Part shown: one piece after another, positions 18,661 through 28,136 of the stretch
Position numbering within the stretch: position 1 is the first letter of the stretch
Layout: every line of letters starts with the position of its first letter
From: Candidatus Pacearchaeota archaeon
Lineage (GTDB): Archaea; Nanobdellota; Nanobdellia; Pacearchaeales; GW2011-AR1
Reading direction: 5' to 3'
Assembly (NCBI GenBank): GCA_040879805.1
Contig: JBBDJP010000001.1
Coordinates: forward strand, 66,173-130,172
DNA length: 64,000 bases
Translations under genes and position numbers: made by a program
The notes under the pieces: generated by a model
Databases searched by the model: none
What the model saw: only the letters and a program-made list of their open reading frames with translations
What the model was told of the DNA's origin: nothing

Positions 18661-19365
18661 TTATGAAATTAATTTTTTAACTAAATCCTCTCTTGACTTT
18701 GGAACAAACCATCTCTTTGCCCAATATTTAGGCTCTTTCTCTAAACAAAAACCTAAAACACCTATGAGATTGAACAAACTTTTCTCAGCAGATTCTCTTT
18801 TAACATCTGATCTCTTTGCAACCTCTGAAATATAAAAAAGAGGGTAACGATGATTGATTCCCTTCATCCTTAATTCAAAATTCCTCTTATAAATCACTTC
18901 CAAAATTTCCAGATCACCCTCATGAAATTCTTTATTAAATTCTTGTCCACTAACCAATGATTTCTTTGTTGCATCCAAATTTTCCTTGGGAATAAAATAA
19001 TTGTGGAAATATCTCCAAGACTTGGTACTCCTAATTTTCTGAAAACCAATTATCCCATACAAGCTTCTTATAATATGATTCGATCTTGAATTTAAATCAA
19101 ATTCTTTCTTTGACTGAAGTATTTCCCTGCCCCTTAAAATTTTGTTCAAAAGAGGATTAAAAGGGCCATTAATTCCGTTTTCCTGTCTAAGATTCTCTTT
19201 AGTTATATCATTAAAGGAATTGTAGAATAATTCCAATTCCTCTATCCTTTCTTCAGTCATTTTAGGAGGAACATAAATGTCTTTGTCGAGAAAGAAAAGA
19301 GTATCATAATTTTCTGAAATAAATTCTCTTTGAGAAGAACTCAAATTTATAGAGTATTCAACCAT
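18661..19365 (-). CDS. Hypothetical protein, possible C-terminal winged helix
   Basis: 234-aa ORF; ISEVAKRSDVKRESAEKSL..L is HTH-like. Confidence 0.5.
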   Translation of the reverse strand: MVEYSINLSSSQREFISENYDTLFFLDKDIYVPPKMTEERIEELELFYNSFNDITKENLRQENGINGPFNPLLNKILRGREILQSKKEFDLNSRSNHIIRSLYGIIGFQKIRSTKSWRYFHNYFIPKENLDATKKSLVSGQEFNKEFHEGDLEILEVIYKRNFELRMKGINHRYPLFYISEVAKRSDVKRESAEKSLFNLIGVLGFCLEKEPKYWAKRWFVPKSREDLVKKLIS

Positions 19366-19409
19366 AAATAATATTTTGAAGGCCTGCTTAAAAGCATTAT
19401 TGTTCTAAA

Positions 19410-20075
19410 CTATTCTTTCTTCAAAATCTCTGCCCGAATTCCTTCTTCTTTACACAATTCACAAAATTCTTTAGCATCATTCTCACTTCCAATAATTGTT
19501 CCCCAGTGCATTGGTATTGCTAAAGTCGGTTTAATCAATTTTGCTGCTGAAGCAGCTTCCTCTGCACTCATAGTAAATCGACCTCCAACAGGCAACAAAG
19601 CAATAAATTCTTTATCTTGCTGCTTATACCCTGTAAGCTTCTGCATTTCAGGGATAACATCAGTATCTCCAGAATGATAAATAACAATATCTTCTATCTT
19701 AATTACATATCCAACCCATCCCTCTTCCTTAGGATGAAAATGTTTGTCAATATTATATGAAGGAAGAGCGTAAATCCTAACTTCACCTAAATCCAATTCT
19801 CTTCCAGGCTCAATCAATTCTATTTTCACAGGAACATCAAACCGTGTAATTTTACTCTGGCAATCTGCAGAAGCAACAATCTTAGTTCCTTCCTTTACTA
19901 TCTTCTTCATATCAGGATAGCTACAATGATCATAATGACTATGTGTAATTAGAATTATGTCTGCTTTAGGTAATCCTTCCTTAATATTATAAGGATCAAT
20001 ATAAATTGTTTTCCCATTATTTATGAGAAACCCTGAATGTCCAAGCCACTTAAGCTTAATTCCATTTATTTTCAT
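19410..20075 (-). CDS. MBL-fold metal-dependent hydrolase (UPF0173-like)
   Basis: WLGHSGF, IDPY, THSHYDH, YHSGDT, IPMHWG. Confidence 0.92.
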   Translation of the reverse strand: MKINGIKLKWLGHSGFLINNGKTIYIDPYNIKEGLPKADIILITHSHYDHCSYPDMKKIVKEGTKIVASADCQSKITRFDVPVKIELIEPGRELDLGEVRIYALPSYNIDKHFHPKEEGWVGYVIKIEDIVIYHSGDTDVIPEMQKLTGYKQQDKEFIALLPVGGRFTMSAEEAASAAKLIKPTLAIPMHWGTIIGSENDAKEFCELCKEEGIRAEILKKE

Positions 20076-20251
20076 AAAATAAAAAATCTCTCTGGGTTTT
20101 TAAGGGTTTTGAGTGGTTATCTAAATAAAAATTAATAAGTAAAAAACAACATGGAAGGAAACAATTTAGGTATCTATTAATAAAAAATAGGGCTACAACC
20201 ATAAAGAAAAAGAAAAAATAAAATAAAGAAAAAATTATTGAAGATATTTAT

Positions 20252-20404
20252 TTAGTAGTCGTCGTCTTCGTCTTCATCATCACTATCTTCATCATCTTCG
20301 TCTTCATCGGAATCGTCCTCAGAATCGTCGGAGTCTTCTTCGTCCTCAGATTCTTCGTCTTCATCCTCGAAGTCGTCTTCGTTTTCCATGTCTTCGTTTT
20401 CCAT
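20252..20404 (-). CDS. Hyper-acidic 50-aa microprotein (not in the ORF track)
   Basis: MENEDMENEDDFEDEDEESEDEEDSDDSEDDSDEDEDDEDSDDEDEDDDY*; varied synonymous codons, upstream TATA-like box and AAAGGT. Confidence 0.75.
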   Translation of the reverse strand: MENEDMENEDDFEDEDEESEDEEDSDDSEDDSDEDEDDEDSDDEDEDDDY

Positions 20405-20540
20405 CTTAAAACCTTTGGTTTTATTGGAAATCTTCTAACTTCAGGGTTTTTAAGACTTTCTAACTTACAAAAAAGACTTCAAATCTATACTTTAATAAAA
20501 ATTAATTAAATTAATAAACATCTATATTTTTATTTATATA

Positions 20541-21899
20541 ATGGCTAAAATAGGTTTAGAAATTCATGGTTACCTTGACACAAATGAAAAATTATTCTGT
20601 GGCTGCAAATCTATACATGGAGCAAAGCAAACTAAACCTAACCAAAATATTTGTGCAACCTGTACTGGCCAGCCAGGAGCAAAACCAATGCTTCCAAATA
20701 AAAAAGCTATTGACAAATCTTTAGAAATTGCATTAATATTGGGCTGTAAAATAAATAAAAATTTGATTTGGCAAAGGAAACATTATGACTGGCCAGATCT
20801 TCCAAAAGGGTATCAAAACACGATCTCTGGAGCACATTCAAGACCTGTGGGAGTAAATGGAAAATTCCTTGGGATAAATATAACAGAAGTCCATCTTGAG
20901 GAAGATCCTGCCGCATGGAATCCAAAAACCGGAGAAATAGACTACAATAGATCTGGAGTTCCTTTAATAGAGATAGTGACTGAACCTGAATTCAAAAATT
21001 CTGAAGAAGTGATCTATTGGCTAAAACAACTAATAATAACTCTTGGATACATAAAATCAATAGATAAAAACCTAGGAATTAAGGCAGATGTTAATATCTC
21101 TCTCCCAGAGATTAAGGGTAAAAGAGTTGAAATCAAAAATGTGAATAGCCTAAAAAACATAAAAGCTGCACTTGAATACGAAACCTCTAGGCAAAAAAAA
21201 GAAGGGCAAGAAGAACAGGAAACAAGAATGTTTGATGAGACAAAAGGAGTAACTAAAAAAATGCGTTCTAAAGAATCTGCACAAGATTATAGGTTTATTT
21301 CAGATCCAGACCTTCCTGCAATTATTATTGAGGAAAAGAGAATAAAAAATATTGAAAAATTTCTTCCTGAAACACCAGAGAAAAAATTAGCTGGATTGAT
21401 AAAGAAACACAAAATACCTAAAAGTTCTGCAAAAATATTGGTCAAAAATATTGATGTTATGGGATTATTTGAAGATGTTGTTAACAAAGTTGATTCTAAA
21501 CTAGCAACAAGATGGATTACTGAAGAGTTATTTAGTGTTTTAAATTACAATAAAAAAGAACTTGAAAACGTTAAGATTAAACCAGGACACTTTATAGAGC
21601 TATTAAAACTCATTGAGAATAAAAAGATTACCGAGCATAAAGCCAGAGAAATTCTGAGAAGCTGGACTTCAGAATCACGTTCTCCTAAAGAAGAGATTTC
21701 CAAACATAAAATGATCTCTAATAAAGAGGTGGAGAATATTTGTGAAGAAGTCATAAAAGAACACTCTTCAGCAGTTGAAGATTATAAATCTGGGAAGGGG
21801 GCTGCACTCAATTTCCTAATGGGGCAAGTCATGAGAAAAAGTGATAAAAGAGCAAACCAAGAAGTTGTTATTAGGATTTTGAAGGAGAAGTTGGGTTAA
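20541..21899 (+). CDS. gatB: Asp/Glu-tRNA amidotransferase subunit B
   Basis: IGLEIH, KLFC, RKHYDWPDLPKGYQ, HLEED, YNRSGVPLIEIVTEP, VEIKN, DYRF..DPDLP. Confidence 0.96.
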   Translation: MAKIGLEIHGYLDTNEKLFCGCKSIHGAKQTKPNQNICATCTGQPGAKPMLPNKKAIDKSLEIALILGCKINKNLIWQRKHYDWPDLPKGYQNTISGAHSRPVGVNGKFLGINITEVHLEEDPAAWNPKTGEIDYNRSGVPLIEIVTEPEFKNSEEVIYWLKQLIITLGYIKSIDKNLGIKADVNISLPEIKGKRVEIKNVNSLKNIKAALEYETSRQKKEGQEEQETRMFDETKGVTKKMRSKESAQDYRFISDPDLPAIIIEEKRIKNIEKFLPETPEKKLAGLIKKHKIPKSSAKILVKNIDVMGLFEDVVNKVDSKLATRWITEELFSVLNYNKKELENVKIKPGHFIELLKLIENKKITEHKAREILRSWTSESRSPKEEISKHKMISNKEVENICEEVIKEHSSAVEDYKSGKGAALNFLMGQVMRKSDKRANQEVVIRILKEKLG

Positions 21900-21900
21900 T

Positions 21901-22575
21901 TTAATCCAACCCTTTTCCAGGAAGATTGTAAAAATTGTCTATGACTATTTTTGTTGGAGCAATATCATACTTCAAAATTTGCCTTGCATAATCTGCGACT
22001 ATTTCGGGAGAGATAAATCCTTTTGAGTTCGTCTCCCAATCTTCCTTGGGTTTCAATGGAACTCTTTCCCACATTTTTGTATCTACAGGACCAACTTGCA
22101 GATCATACATAGAGAACTTGCTCTTTCTTCCATTTATAGCATTTGAACTTTTGGTCAAATTAGATAGATAAGCAAAATTAGCGCCCATGTAAGGAGCTGC
22201 AGGCAATCCCATGTCAGCACTTGAGCCAGAGATTGTTATGATTTTTCCACCTTTATTTAACTTTTTTATTCCCTCGGTTAGAGCATAAACATGGCCTTCA
22301 AGAAATTTCTCGGCTTTAAGATAACCTTCAAAATCTGTAACTGGACTTAATAGTTCGGGCATACAAGAAAAAATTATTGCATCTAAGCCTCCGACATTAG
22401 AATAAACTTTGTCTATCTCTTCAAGTGAAGTTATATCACAAACATACTCTTCAGAGATATTTACATTTGGTTCTCCTTTAAATCTTGTACCATAAACTTC
22501 ATATCCTCCTTTCAATTTCTTAGCAATTTCATTCCCAATGTCGCTTGATGTGCCGAAAATTAAAACTTTCTTCAT
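21901..22575 (-). CDS. Atypical SDR-family Rossmann-fold protein
   Basis: VLIFGTSSDIG, GKIITISGS, GPVDTKMW; the YxxxK position reads YMGAN. Confidence 0.75.
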   Translation of the reverse strand: MKKVLIFGTSSDIGNEIAKKLKGGYEVYGTRFKGEPNVNISEEYVCDITSLEEIDKVYSNVGGLDAIIFSCMPELLSPVTDFEGYLKAEKFLEGHVYALTEGIKKLNKGGKIITISGSSADMGLPAAPYMGANFAYLSNLTKSSNAINGRKSKFSMYDLQVGPVDTKMWERVPLKPKEDWETNSKGFISPEIVADYARQILKYDIAPTKIVIDNFYNLPGKGLD

Positions 22576-22580
22576 TATAT

Positions 22581-23693
22581 TTACCTCTGGTCGTCATAAC
22601 GACTCATTTTATCATATCCTATTAAAAGATAATTTTTGTTCTTAGTATTTTTAGCTAGCTTCTTAGCCACCGCTATTCCTGCTCTCGTTGATCTTCCAAA
22701 ATCCTTATATTTTTCAGTATGCCATCGAGGGATAGCGGCATCAAGATTATTTCCAGTAAATTCCTTATAATTCTCATCCATTTGCCAGTCGCTAACAAGA
22801 ACAACATCCTCAAGAATTCCTTTATCTACCGCTTCTCTTATATGAGGTGTAGGTACATGATCTCCTTTTATTGAGAAGCTCGTCCCAGGCAGCAGACTCC
22901 TTGGAAGTGTTCCAGGTTCAATTCCATATAGTTCCTTGTATTTTCCAGGATGAATTAAGTCGTAAGCTAATGCAGCCTGAAAAGGTTCAAAAGCAATTAC
23001 CCTAGTATTACTATTAAGAGCCCTTCCTGGTCCAAGAATCGATGAGCCATTTCCCACTGCAGGAATAAAATAATCTATTCCCTTATCAAGATTATCCAAT
23101 TCCCTCATCGATTCTTTTGCAATATTCTCCATTCCCTGAAGTGTAACTTCATTAACCATATCCTTAGCTTTACCCATAGAATGGTTTAGGAAAAAAATAT
23201 CTCTATTTTTAACCAAGAGAGGTTTTATCAAATCCATAAAACCATTAACATATTTATCTTTTGGAGTTAAAATTAGATAGTTGGTATTATTCTCGATTAT
23301 TGGAATATCTTTGTTTTCAGGGTTATAATTCACAATCTTCTTATCTTTATCAAAAGAGTTAAGTATTGCATTCTCTCTTGCTTTTTCTCCTCCGGCAGGC
23401 ATCGCAATGTGACATTCATATCCAAGTTCTTTTCCAATATTTACCATTGAAACGCCAGCAGATCCAGAAGTTGATTCAAACACCTTATCTCCTGGTTTAA
23501 TCTTGCCCAAATTTTCATAGTGCTCAAATAATTTTAAATAAGAGAGATCATAATGACTTCCAAATTCACTATCTGCAACATTCTTTATCCAAATATTATT
23601 CTTGTTTGGAACTTCTCCTTCATACTTATCTAAAGGAGTATTTAGGATTCTTTTTTTCAATTCCCTATATTTATTTCTTCTTTTTGTTTCCAT
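22581..23693 (-). CDS. Divergent PLP fold-type II (cysteine synthase-like) protein
   Basis: TPL, ESTSGSAGVS, AVGNGSSI; the expected GSxKDR reads GSHYDL; start at ATG 23693. Confidence 0.75.
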   Translation of the reverse strand: METKRRNKYRELKKRILNTPLDKYEGEVPNKNNIWIKNVADSEFGSHYDLSYLKLFEHYENLGKIKPGDKVFESTSGSAGVSMVNIGKELGYECHIAMPAGGEKARENAILNSFDKDKKIVNYNPENKDIPIIENNTNYLILTPKDKYVNGFMDLIKPLLVKNRDIFFLNHSMGKAKDMVNEVTLQGMENIAKESMRELDNLDKGIDYFIPAVGNGSSILGPGRALNSNTRVIAFEPFQAALAYDLIHPGKYKELYGIEPGTLPRSLLPGTSFSIKGDHVPTPHIREAVDKGILEDVVLVSDWQMDENYKEFTGNNLDAAIPRWHTEKYKDFGRSTRAGIAVAKKLAKNTKNKNYLLIGYDKMSRYDDQR

Positions 23694-23823
23694 TTTTCTT
23701 ACTATTAAGTAGTTTTGTAACAATATAAAACCTCTCGTCCAATATATACTTATAAAAACAATTTTTATTAAAAATTTGTAATTAAACCAAAAATAATATA
23801 AAGGATCACATTCTTATTACATT

Positions 23824-24786
23824 ATGAAATTAGATTTAAGAGATAGAAAAATCCTTTATGAACTTGATGTTAATGCTAGACAAAGCGATGCTCAAATCGG
23901 AAGGAAACTAAAAATAAGTAAAGAAGTTGTAGCCTATCGAATAAATAGGTTGATCAAAGAAAGAATAGTAAGGAACTTCACGGCAATTATAAACACCCAT
24001 GCATTTGGATACCAAGGGTTCAGAATCTTCTTCAAATTCAAAGATATCTCTAAAGAAAGGGAAAAAGAATTCATAGATTTTGTAAAATCCAAATTTATAT
24101 GGATTGTAAGGGTCAGGGGAAACTGGTCTTATAACTCCTTAATTTATACAAATAATATGATTAAACTGGAAAAATTCCTAAACCAAATAAAGGAAAAATT
24201 TGAAGATAATTTCCTAAAAATGCAAATAAGCCCAGTAACCCAAATATATCACTATAGAAGAGAATTCTTACTAGATAATAAAAAAATAAGAACTTCTTAT
24301 GAGATACTTGAAAAAATAAAGGAATTTCAGCTTGATGAAAAAGATTTCAAAATTCTTGAGGCAATCGCAAATAACGGAAGAGCCACAACAGTGGAACTTG
24401 CAGAAGAAATAAATTTGACTGAAAGAATTGTAAGATATAGATTAAAAAATCTGGTAAAGAACAAAATAATTCTTGGGTTTAGAAGTCATTTAGATTTAGA
24501 AAAGTTAGGATATCGATATTACAAAATTCATCTCTTTCTGAATAAACACTCTAAACAAACAATTGAAAAACTCACAAATTTCACCCACACTCATCCAAAC
24601 ACAATTTATTTAACAAAAACAATTGGGGGCTGGGATTTTGAACTTGAAGTTTGCTTTAAAGGTAGTAAAGAACTTTATAATTTTCTTGATAAATTAACAA
24701 ATAAATTCTCTGGCATAATTAGAGATTATGAGTTCCTTGAATATGATAAAGAATTTCAAATAAAGTATTTCCAAGTTCTTGACTAA
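23824..24786 (+). CDS. Tandem double Lrp/AsnC transcriptional regulator
   Basis: Two HTH+RAM units (LDLRDRKIL..L..NARQS; LDEKDFKIL..IA.NGRAT), G.WDF; divergent from the PLP gene. Confidence 0.9.
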   Translation: MKLDLRDRKILYELDVNARQSDAQIGRKLKISKEVVAYRINRLIKERIVRNFTAIINTHAFGYQGFRIFFKFKDISKEREKEFIDFVKSKFIWIVRVRGNWSYNSLIYTNNMIKLEKFLNQIKEKFEDNFLKMQISPVTQIYHYRREFLLDNKKIRTSYEILEKIKEFQLDEKDFKILEAIANNGRATTVELAEEINLTERIVRYRLKNLVKNKIILGFRSHLDLEKLGYRYYKIHLFLNKHSKQTIEKLTNFTHTHPNTIYLTKTIGGWDFELEVCFKGSKELYNFLDKLTNKFSGIIRDYEFLEYDKEFQIKYFQVLD

Positions 24787-26108
24787 CCCCTCTCAAAAAC
24801 CCTGGCAATCTGAAGCATCTTTTCTTCCTGGAATTTGTCACAGGTAATCTGTAATCCAACAGGAACTCCATCAATTTCTCCAACAGGAACCGAAATAGAG
24901 CAATTCCCCGCAAGATTTGAAGGGGCAGTTAAAACATCATAACTATACATGTCTTCAACAGAAATTTTCTCCCCGATTTTGTGAGGAAGTCTTGGAACTG
25001 TGGGAGAAATAATACAGTCAACTTTCTTAAACGCTTTTTCAAACTCTTTTTCAATAAAATTTTTGGCTTTCAGCGCCAAGTGATAATACCTTTCATGAAA
25101 CTCTTCTTTTGAAATCTCACTCCCCCCTAAAATTCTCCTTAAAACTTCTGGTCCTGCAGCATCCTCAATTCTCTTTCCATAACGCCTTCCATCAAGTCTC
25201 CGAGTGGCAGAAAAAAACTCAGTATAAACAAGAGGGTAATAAGTTTCAACAGCCAAATCTATATTTTCTATTTCTATTTTTTTAACCTTGAACTTATTTT
25301 TATCAGCCGTCTCCCTAATCTTTTTATTAATTAAATCATTAATTTTCTTGTCAACTCCTTTAAAATCAAGAACTCCTATCGTAAGAGTTTTTGGAGAGAT
25401 TTTAATTTTTTCAAAATTCAAATTGTCCGATTTTACTGAGGTAGAATCATTTTCATCTTTCCCAGAAATAATACTTAGAAGCAAGGCTGCATCTTCAACA
25501 CTCTTTGCTAAAGGTCCAATCTGGTCCAAACTCATAGATAAATCTATTAAACCATAACGTGAAACGCTTGAATAAGTCGGCTTAACTCCGACAACACCAC
25601 AATGTGATGCAGGATTTCTTATACTTCCTCCAGTATCTGATCCAAGAGCCATATCACAAAAGCCTGCAGCAACGGCGGCGGCACTTCCCGAACTTGAGCC
25701 GCCAGGAATTAAATCAGATTTCCGCGGATTTCTCGTCGGACCAAACGCACTTGTCTCACCACTGCTCCCACAAGCAAACTCGTCCATATTCAACATCCCA
25801 ATAATCAAGCCATCTTCATCTTTTATTCTTTTAACAACAGTGGCATCATAAGGTGCTTTATAATCTTCTAAAACCTTGGAACCACAAGAAACAGGAAGAC
25901 CTTTAACATTGATGTTTGACTTGATTCCTATTATCTTGCCTGCCAGTTTCCCTGAATTTCCAGATTTAATCTTAGAATCAATCTTCTTAGCTTCCTTCAA
26001 TAAATCTTTTTTTTGTCTCAAATGTAAAAAAGCGTTTATCTTCTTGCCTTTCTTATCATTCTTCTCAATCTCTGCCAAATATTTTTTTATTTTTTCAACA
26101 GTTTTCAT
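24783..26108 (-). CDS. gatA: Amidotransferase subunit A
   Basis: NMDEFACGSS, PGGSSSGSAAAV, GSDTGGSIR.PA. Confidence 0.96.
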   Translation of the reverse strand: MKTVEKIKKYLAEIEKNDKKGKKINAFLHLRQKKDLLKEAKKIDSKIKSGNSGKLAGKIIGIKSNINVKGLPVSCGSKVLEDYKAPYDATVVKRIKDEDGLIIGMLNMDEFACGSSGETSAFGPTRNPRKSDLIPGGSSSGSAAAVAAGFCDMALGSDTGGSIRNPASHCGVVGVKPTYSSVSRYGLIDLSMSLDQIGPLAKSVEDAALLLSIISGKDENDSTSVKSDNLNFEKIKISPKTLTIGVLDFKGVDKKINDLINKKIRETADKNKFKVKKIEIENIDLAVETYYPLVYTEFFSATRRLDGRRYGKRIEDAAGPEVLRRILGGSEISKEEFHERYYHLALKAKNFIEKEFEKAFKKVDCIISPTVPRLPHKIGEKISVEDMYSYDVLTAPSNLAGNCSISVPVGEIDGVPVGLQITCDKFQEEKMLQIARVFERG

Positions 26109-26470
26109 TTTTTTGGTTTTCTTGGCTTATACATAATGACCAATCCTCCAAGCACTTCGTTAAATTTTAACCTTAATTTTTGAGAACAATGGATTGTAAC
26201 AAACATCTTTTTATCCCCATAGAAAATATCTACTCTGTTGTTGTTTCCAACCTTGGTTATGCTTTCATGATGATCTTTAAAATTTCTTACATCAATTTTT
26301 CTTCTATTACCTTTTTCATTTATGTCATAAAAATCCCAATGAATATCAAAAATTTCAGAGATAGATTCGGAGAGTCTATCTGCAACTTCCTGTTTCTTAT
26401 CAAAAACATAATAATTGAAATTTCCTTCATTTCCAATTAAATGTAAATTTATTTTTTTGGTTTTCACCAT
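26105..26470 (-). CDS. Hypothetical protein between gatC and gatA
   Basis: 121-aa ORF overlapping both neighbours by a few bases. Confidence 0.6.
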   Translation of the reverse strand: MVKTKKINLHLIGNEGNFNYYVFDKKQEVADRLSESISEIFDIHWDFYDINEKGNRRKIDVRNFKDHHESITKVGNNNRVDIFYGDKKMFVTIHCSQKLRLKFNEVLGGLVIMYKPRKPKK

Positions 26471-26715
26471 TTTCCTTTCTCTCCAATAATAAAATCTTTA
26501 TTTTTCTTAGGTGCATTATCAAACATAACTTCTCTTGAAAAATCCTTTAATTTTCCTTCTTCTTTTCTCTCAAATTCATCTCTTTCAAAATAAGCCTTAT
26601 CAAGATTTCCTTTCACTCTATTCAACTTCTGAGAAAAAGAATCAATTATATTTTTAGCATCTTCCTTAATTTCTTCTTTTTCCTTTTCAGAAACCTTATG
26701 CCATAAAAAATCCAT
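26464..26715 (-). CDS. gatC: Amidotransferase subunit C (divergent)
   Basis: 83 aa, I...F..L helix, NAPKKNKDFII tail, located between aspS and gatA. Confidence 0.75.
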   Translation of the reverse strand: MDFLWHKVSEKEKEEIKEDAKNIIDSFSQKLNRVKGNLDKAYFERDEFERKEEGKLKDFSREVMFDNAPKKNKDFIIGEKGKW

Positions 26716-26745
26716 GAACTAGAAAGGAATGAGGCATTTATAAGA

Positions 26746-28128
26746 TTAATTCTTCTTTTTCTTCTTATCCTCAATAACAGAAATATGAACGTCTTTAAGT
26801 TGTTTAGCAGAAACTTCCGACGGAGCATCAAGCATCATATCTTTGGCCTCTTTATTCTTTGGAAAAGCAATAACTTCTCTTATTGAATTTTCATCAGCCA
26901 TTATCTGAACAAGTCTATCAAAACCAAACGCAATTCCTCCATGGGGAGGGGCCCCAAAATTCAATGCATTCATCAAAAACCCAAATTTCTCCTCTGCTTC
27001 CTTCTTTGAGATTTTCAAAACATCGAAAACCTGGCTCTGAATCTTAGAATCATGAATTCTTATACTTCCTCCTGCAATTTCAGATCCATTTAAAACTAAA
27101 TCATACGCAAGAGACGAAGCCTCTCCTTTTTTCTTTTTGAATTCTTCTATGTTCGGCATCGTAAATGGATGGTGAGTCGATTTGTATCTTTTCTCCTTTT
27201 CATTATATTCCATTAAAGGAAAATCCACAATCCAACAGAATGCAAATTTATCATTAGCTTTTCTCAAATCAGGCCTGTCAGAACCATATTTCTCAATCGC
27301 ATCTATATATTTTATCTTTTTGAAAGGGATTTTCACCTCTACGTTAAGAACTTTTTTAAAAACATATTTTATCATTCTCTCTATTAACTCAATTATATCT
27401 TCTTGTTCAATAAAAGACATTTCAACATCAATTTGTGTGAATTCTGGCTGACGATCCGCCCTTAAATCCTCATCTCTAAAACATCTTGCAATCTGTATAT
27501 ACTTATCAAATCCTGCAACCTGTGAAAGCTGCTTGAACAATTGTGGAGATTGAGGTAAAGCATAAAACTTCCCAAGATGATTTCTACTTGGGACAATATA
27601 ATCTCTTGCACCTTCTGGTGTCGACTTAGCCATAATGGGAGTCTCTATTTCCACAAACTCCTCTTGATAAAAAAAATCGCGAACAGCCTTCAAAGTATTA
27701 CTTCTCAAGACCATATTCTTTTTCATTCTTTCACTTCTCAAATCAAGGAAACGATACTTAAGCCGAGTATCTTCATTAACTTCCTTATCATTAATTTCAA
27801 AAGGTATAATTGGTGCCTTGTTAAACACTTCTAGAGTTTCTATTGAAACTTCTACATCACCTGTAGGAAGCTCTTTGTTCTCTGTTCCCTTTGGGCGCAT
27901 CTTGACTTCTCCTTTAATTAAAATGCAAGACTCGACAGTCAAACTTTTTATTGAATCAAAATTAGAATTTTTCTTTGACGCAACAACCTGGATTCTTCCA
28001 TACCTATCTCTTAAGTCAATAAAAATAACATTTCCATGATCACGAATAGTCTCTACCCATCCTGCCAGAGAAACCTTTTTACCAACGAATTTCTTATTTA
28101 CTTCACCTATCTTGTGCGTTCTTAACAT
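26746..28128 (-). CDS. aspS: Bacterial-type, probably non-discriminating aspartyl-tRNA synthetase
   Basis: RDHG, STPEGARDY, LPQSPQLFKQ, CFRDEDLRADRQPEFTQID, HHPFTMP, PPHGGIAFGFDR. Confidence 0.96.
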   Translation of the reverse strand: MLRTHKIGEVNKKFVGKKVSLAGWVETIRDHGNVIFIDLRDRYGRIQVVASKKNSNFDSIKSLTVESCILIKGEVKMRPKGTENKELPTGDVEVSIETLEVFNKAPIIPFEINDKEVNEDTRLKYRFLDLRSERMKKNMVLRSNTLKAVRDFFYQEEFVEIETPIMAKSTPEGARDYIVPSRNHLGKFYALPQSPQLFKQLSQVAGFDKYIQIARCFRDEDLRADRQPEFTQIDVEMSFIEQEDIIELIERMIKYVFKKVLNVEVKIPFKKIKYIDAIEKYGSDRPDLRKANDKFAFCWIVDFPLMEYNEKEKRYKSTHHPFTMPNIEEFKKKKGEASSLAYDLVLNGSEIAGGSIRIHDSKIQSQVFDVLKISKKEAEEKFGFLMNALNFGAPPHGGIAFGFDRLVQIMADENSIREVIAFPKNKEAKDMMLDAPSEVSAKQLKDVHISVIEDKKKKKN

Positions 28129-28136
28129 TTTAATAT

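Noticed and set aside
20076..20540. Replication origin or simple microsatellite in the AT-rich gap
   Set aside because: No cdc6/orc1 gene or repeated ORB-like boxes; the (TCN)n-like tract is better explained as the acidic ORF.
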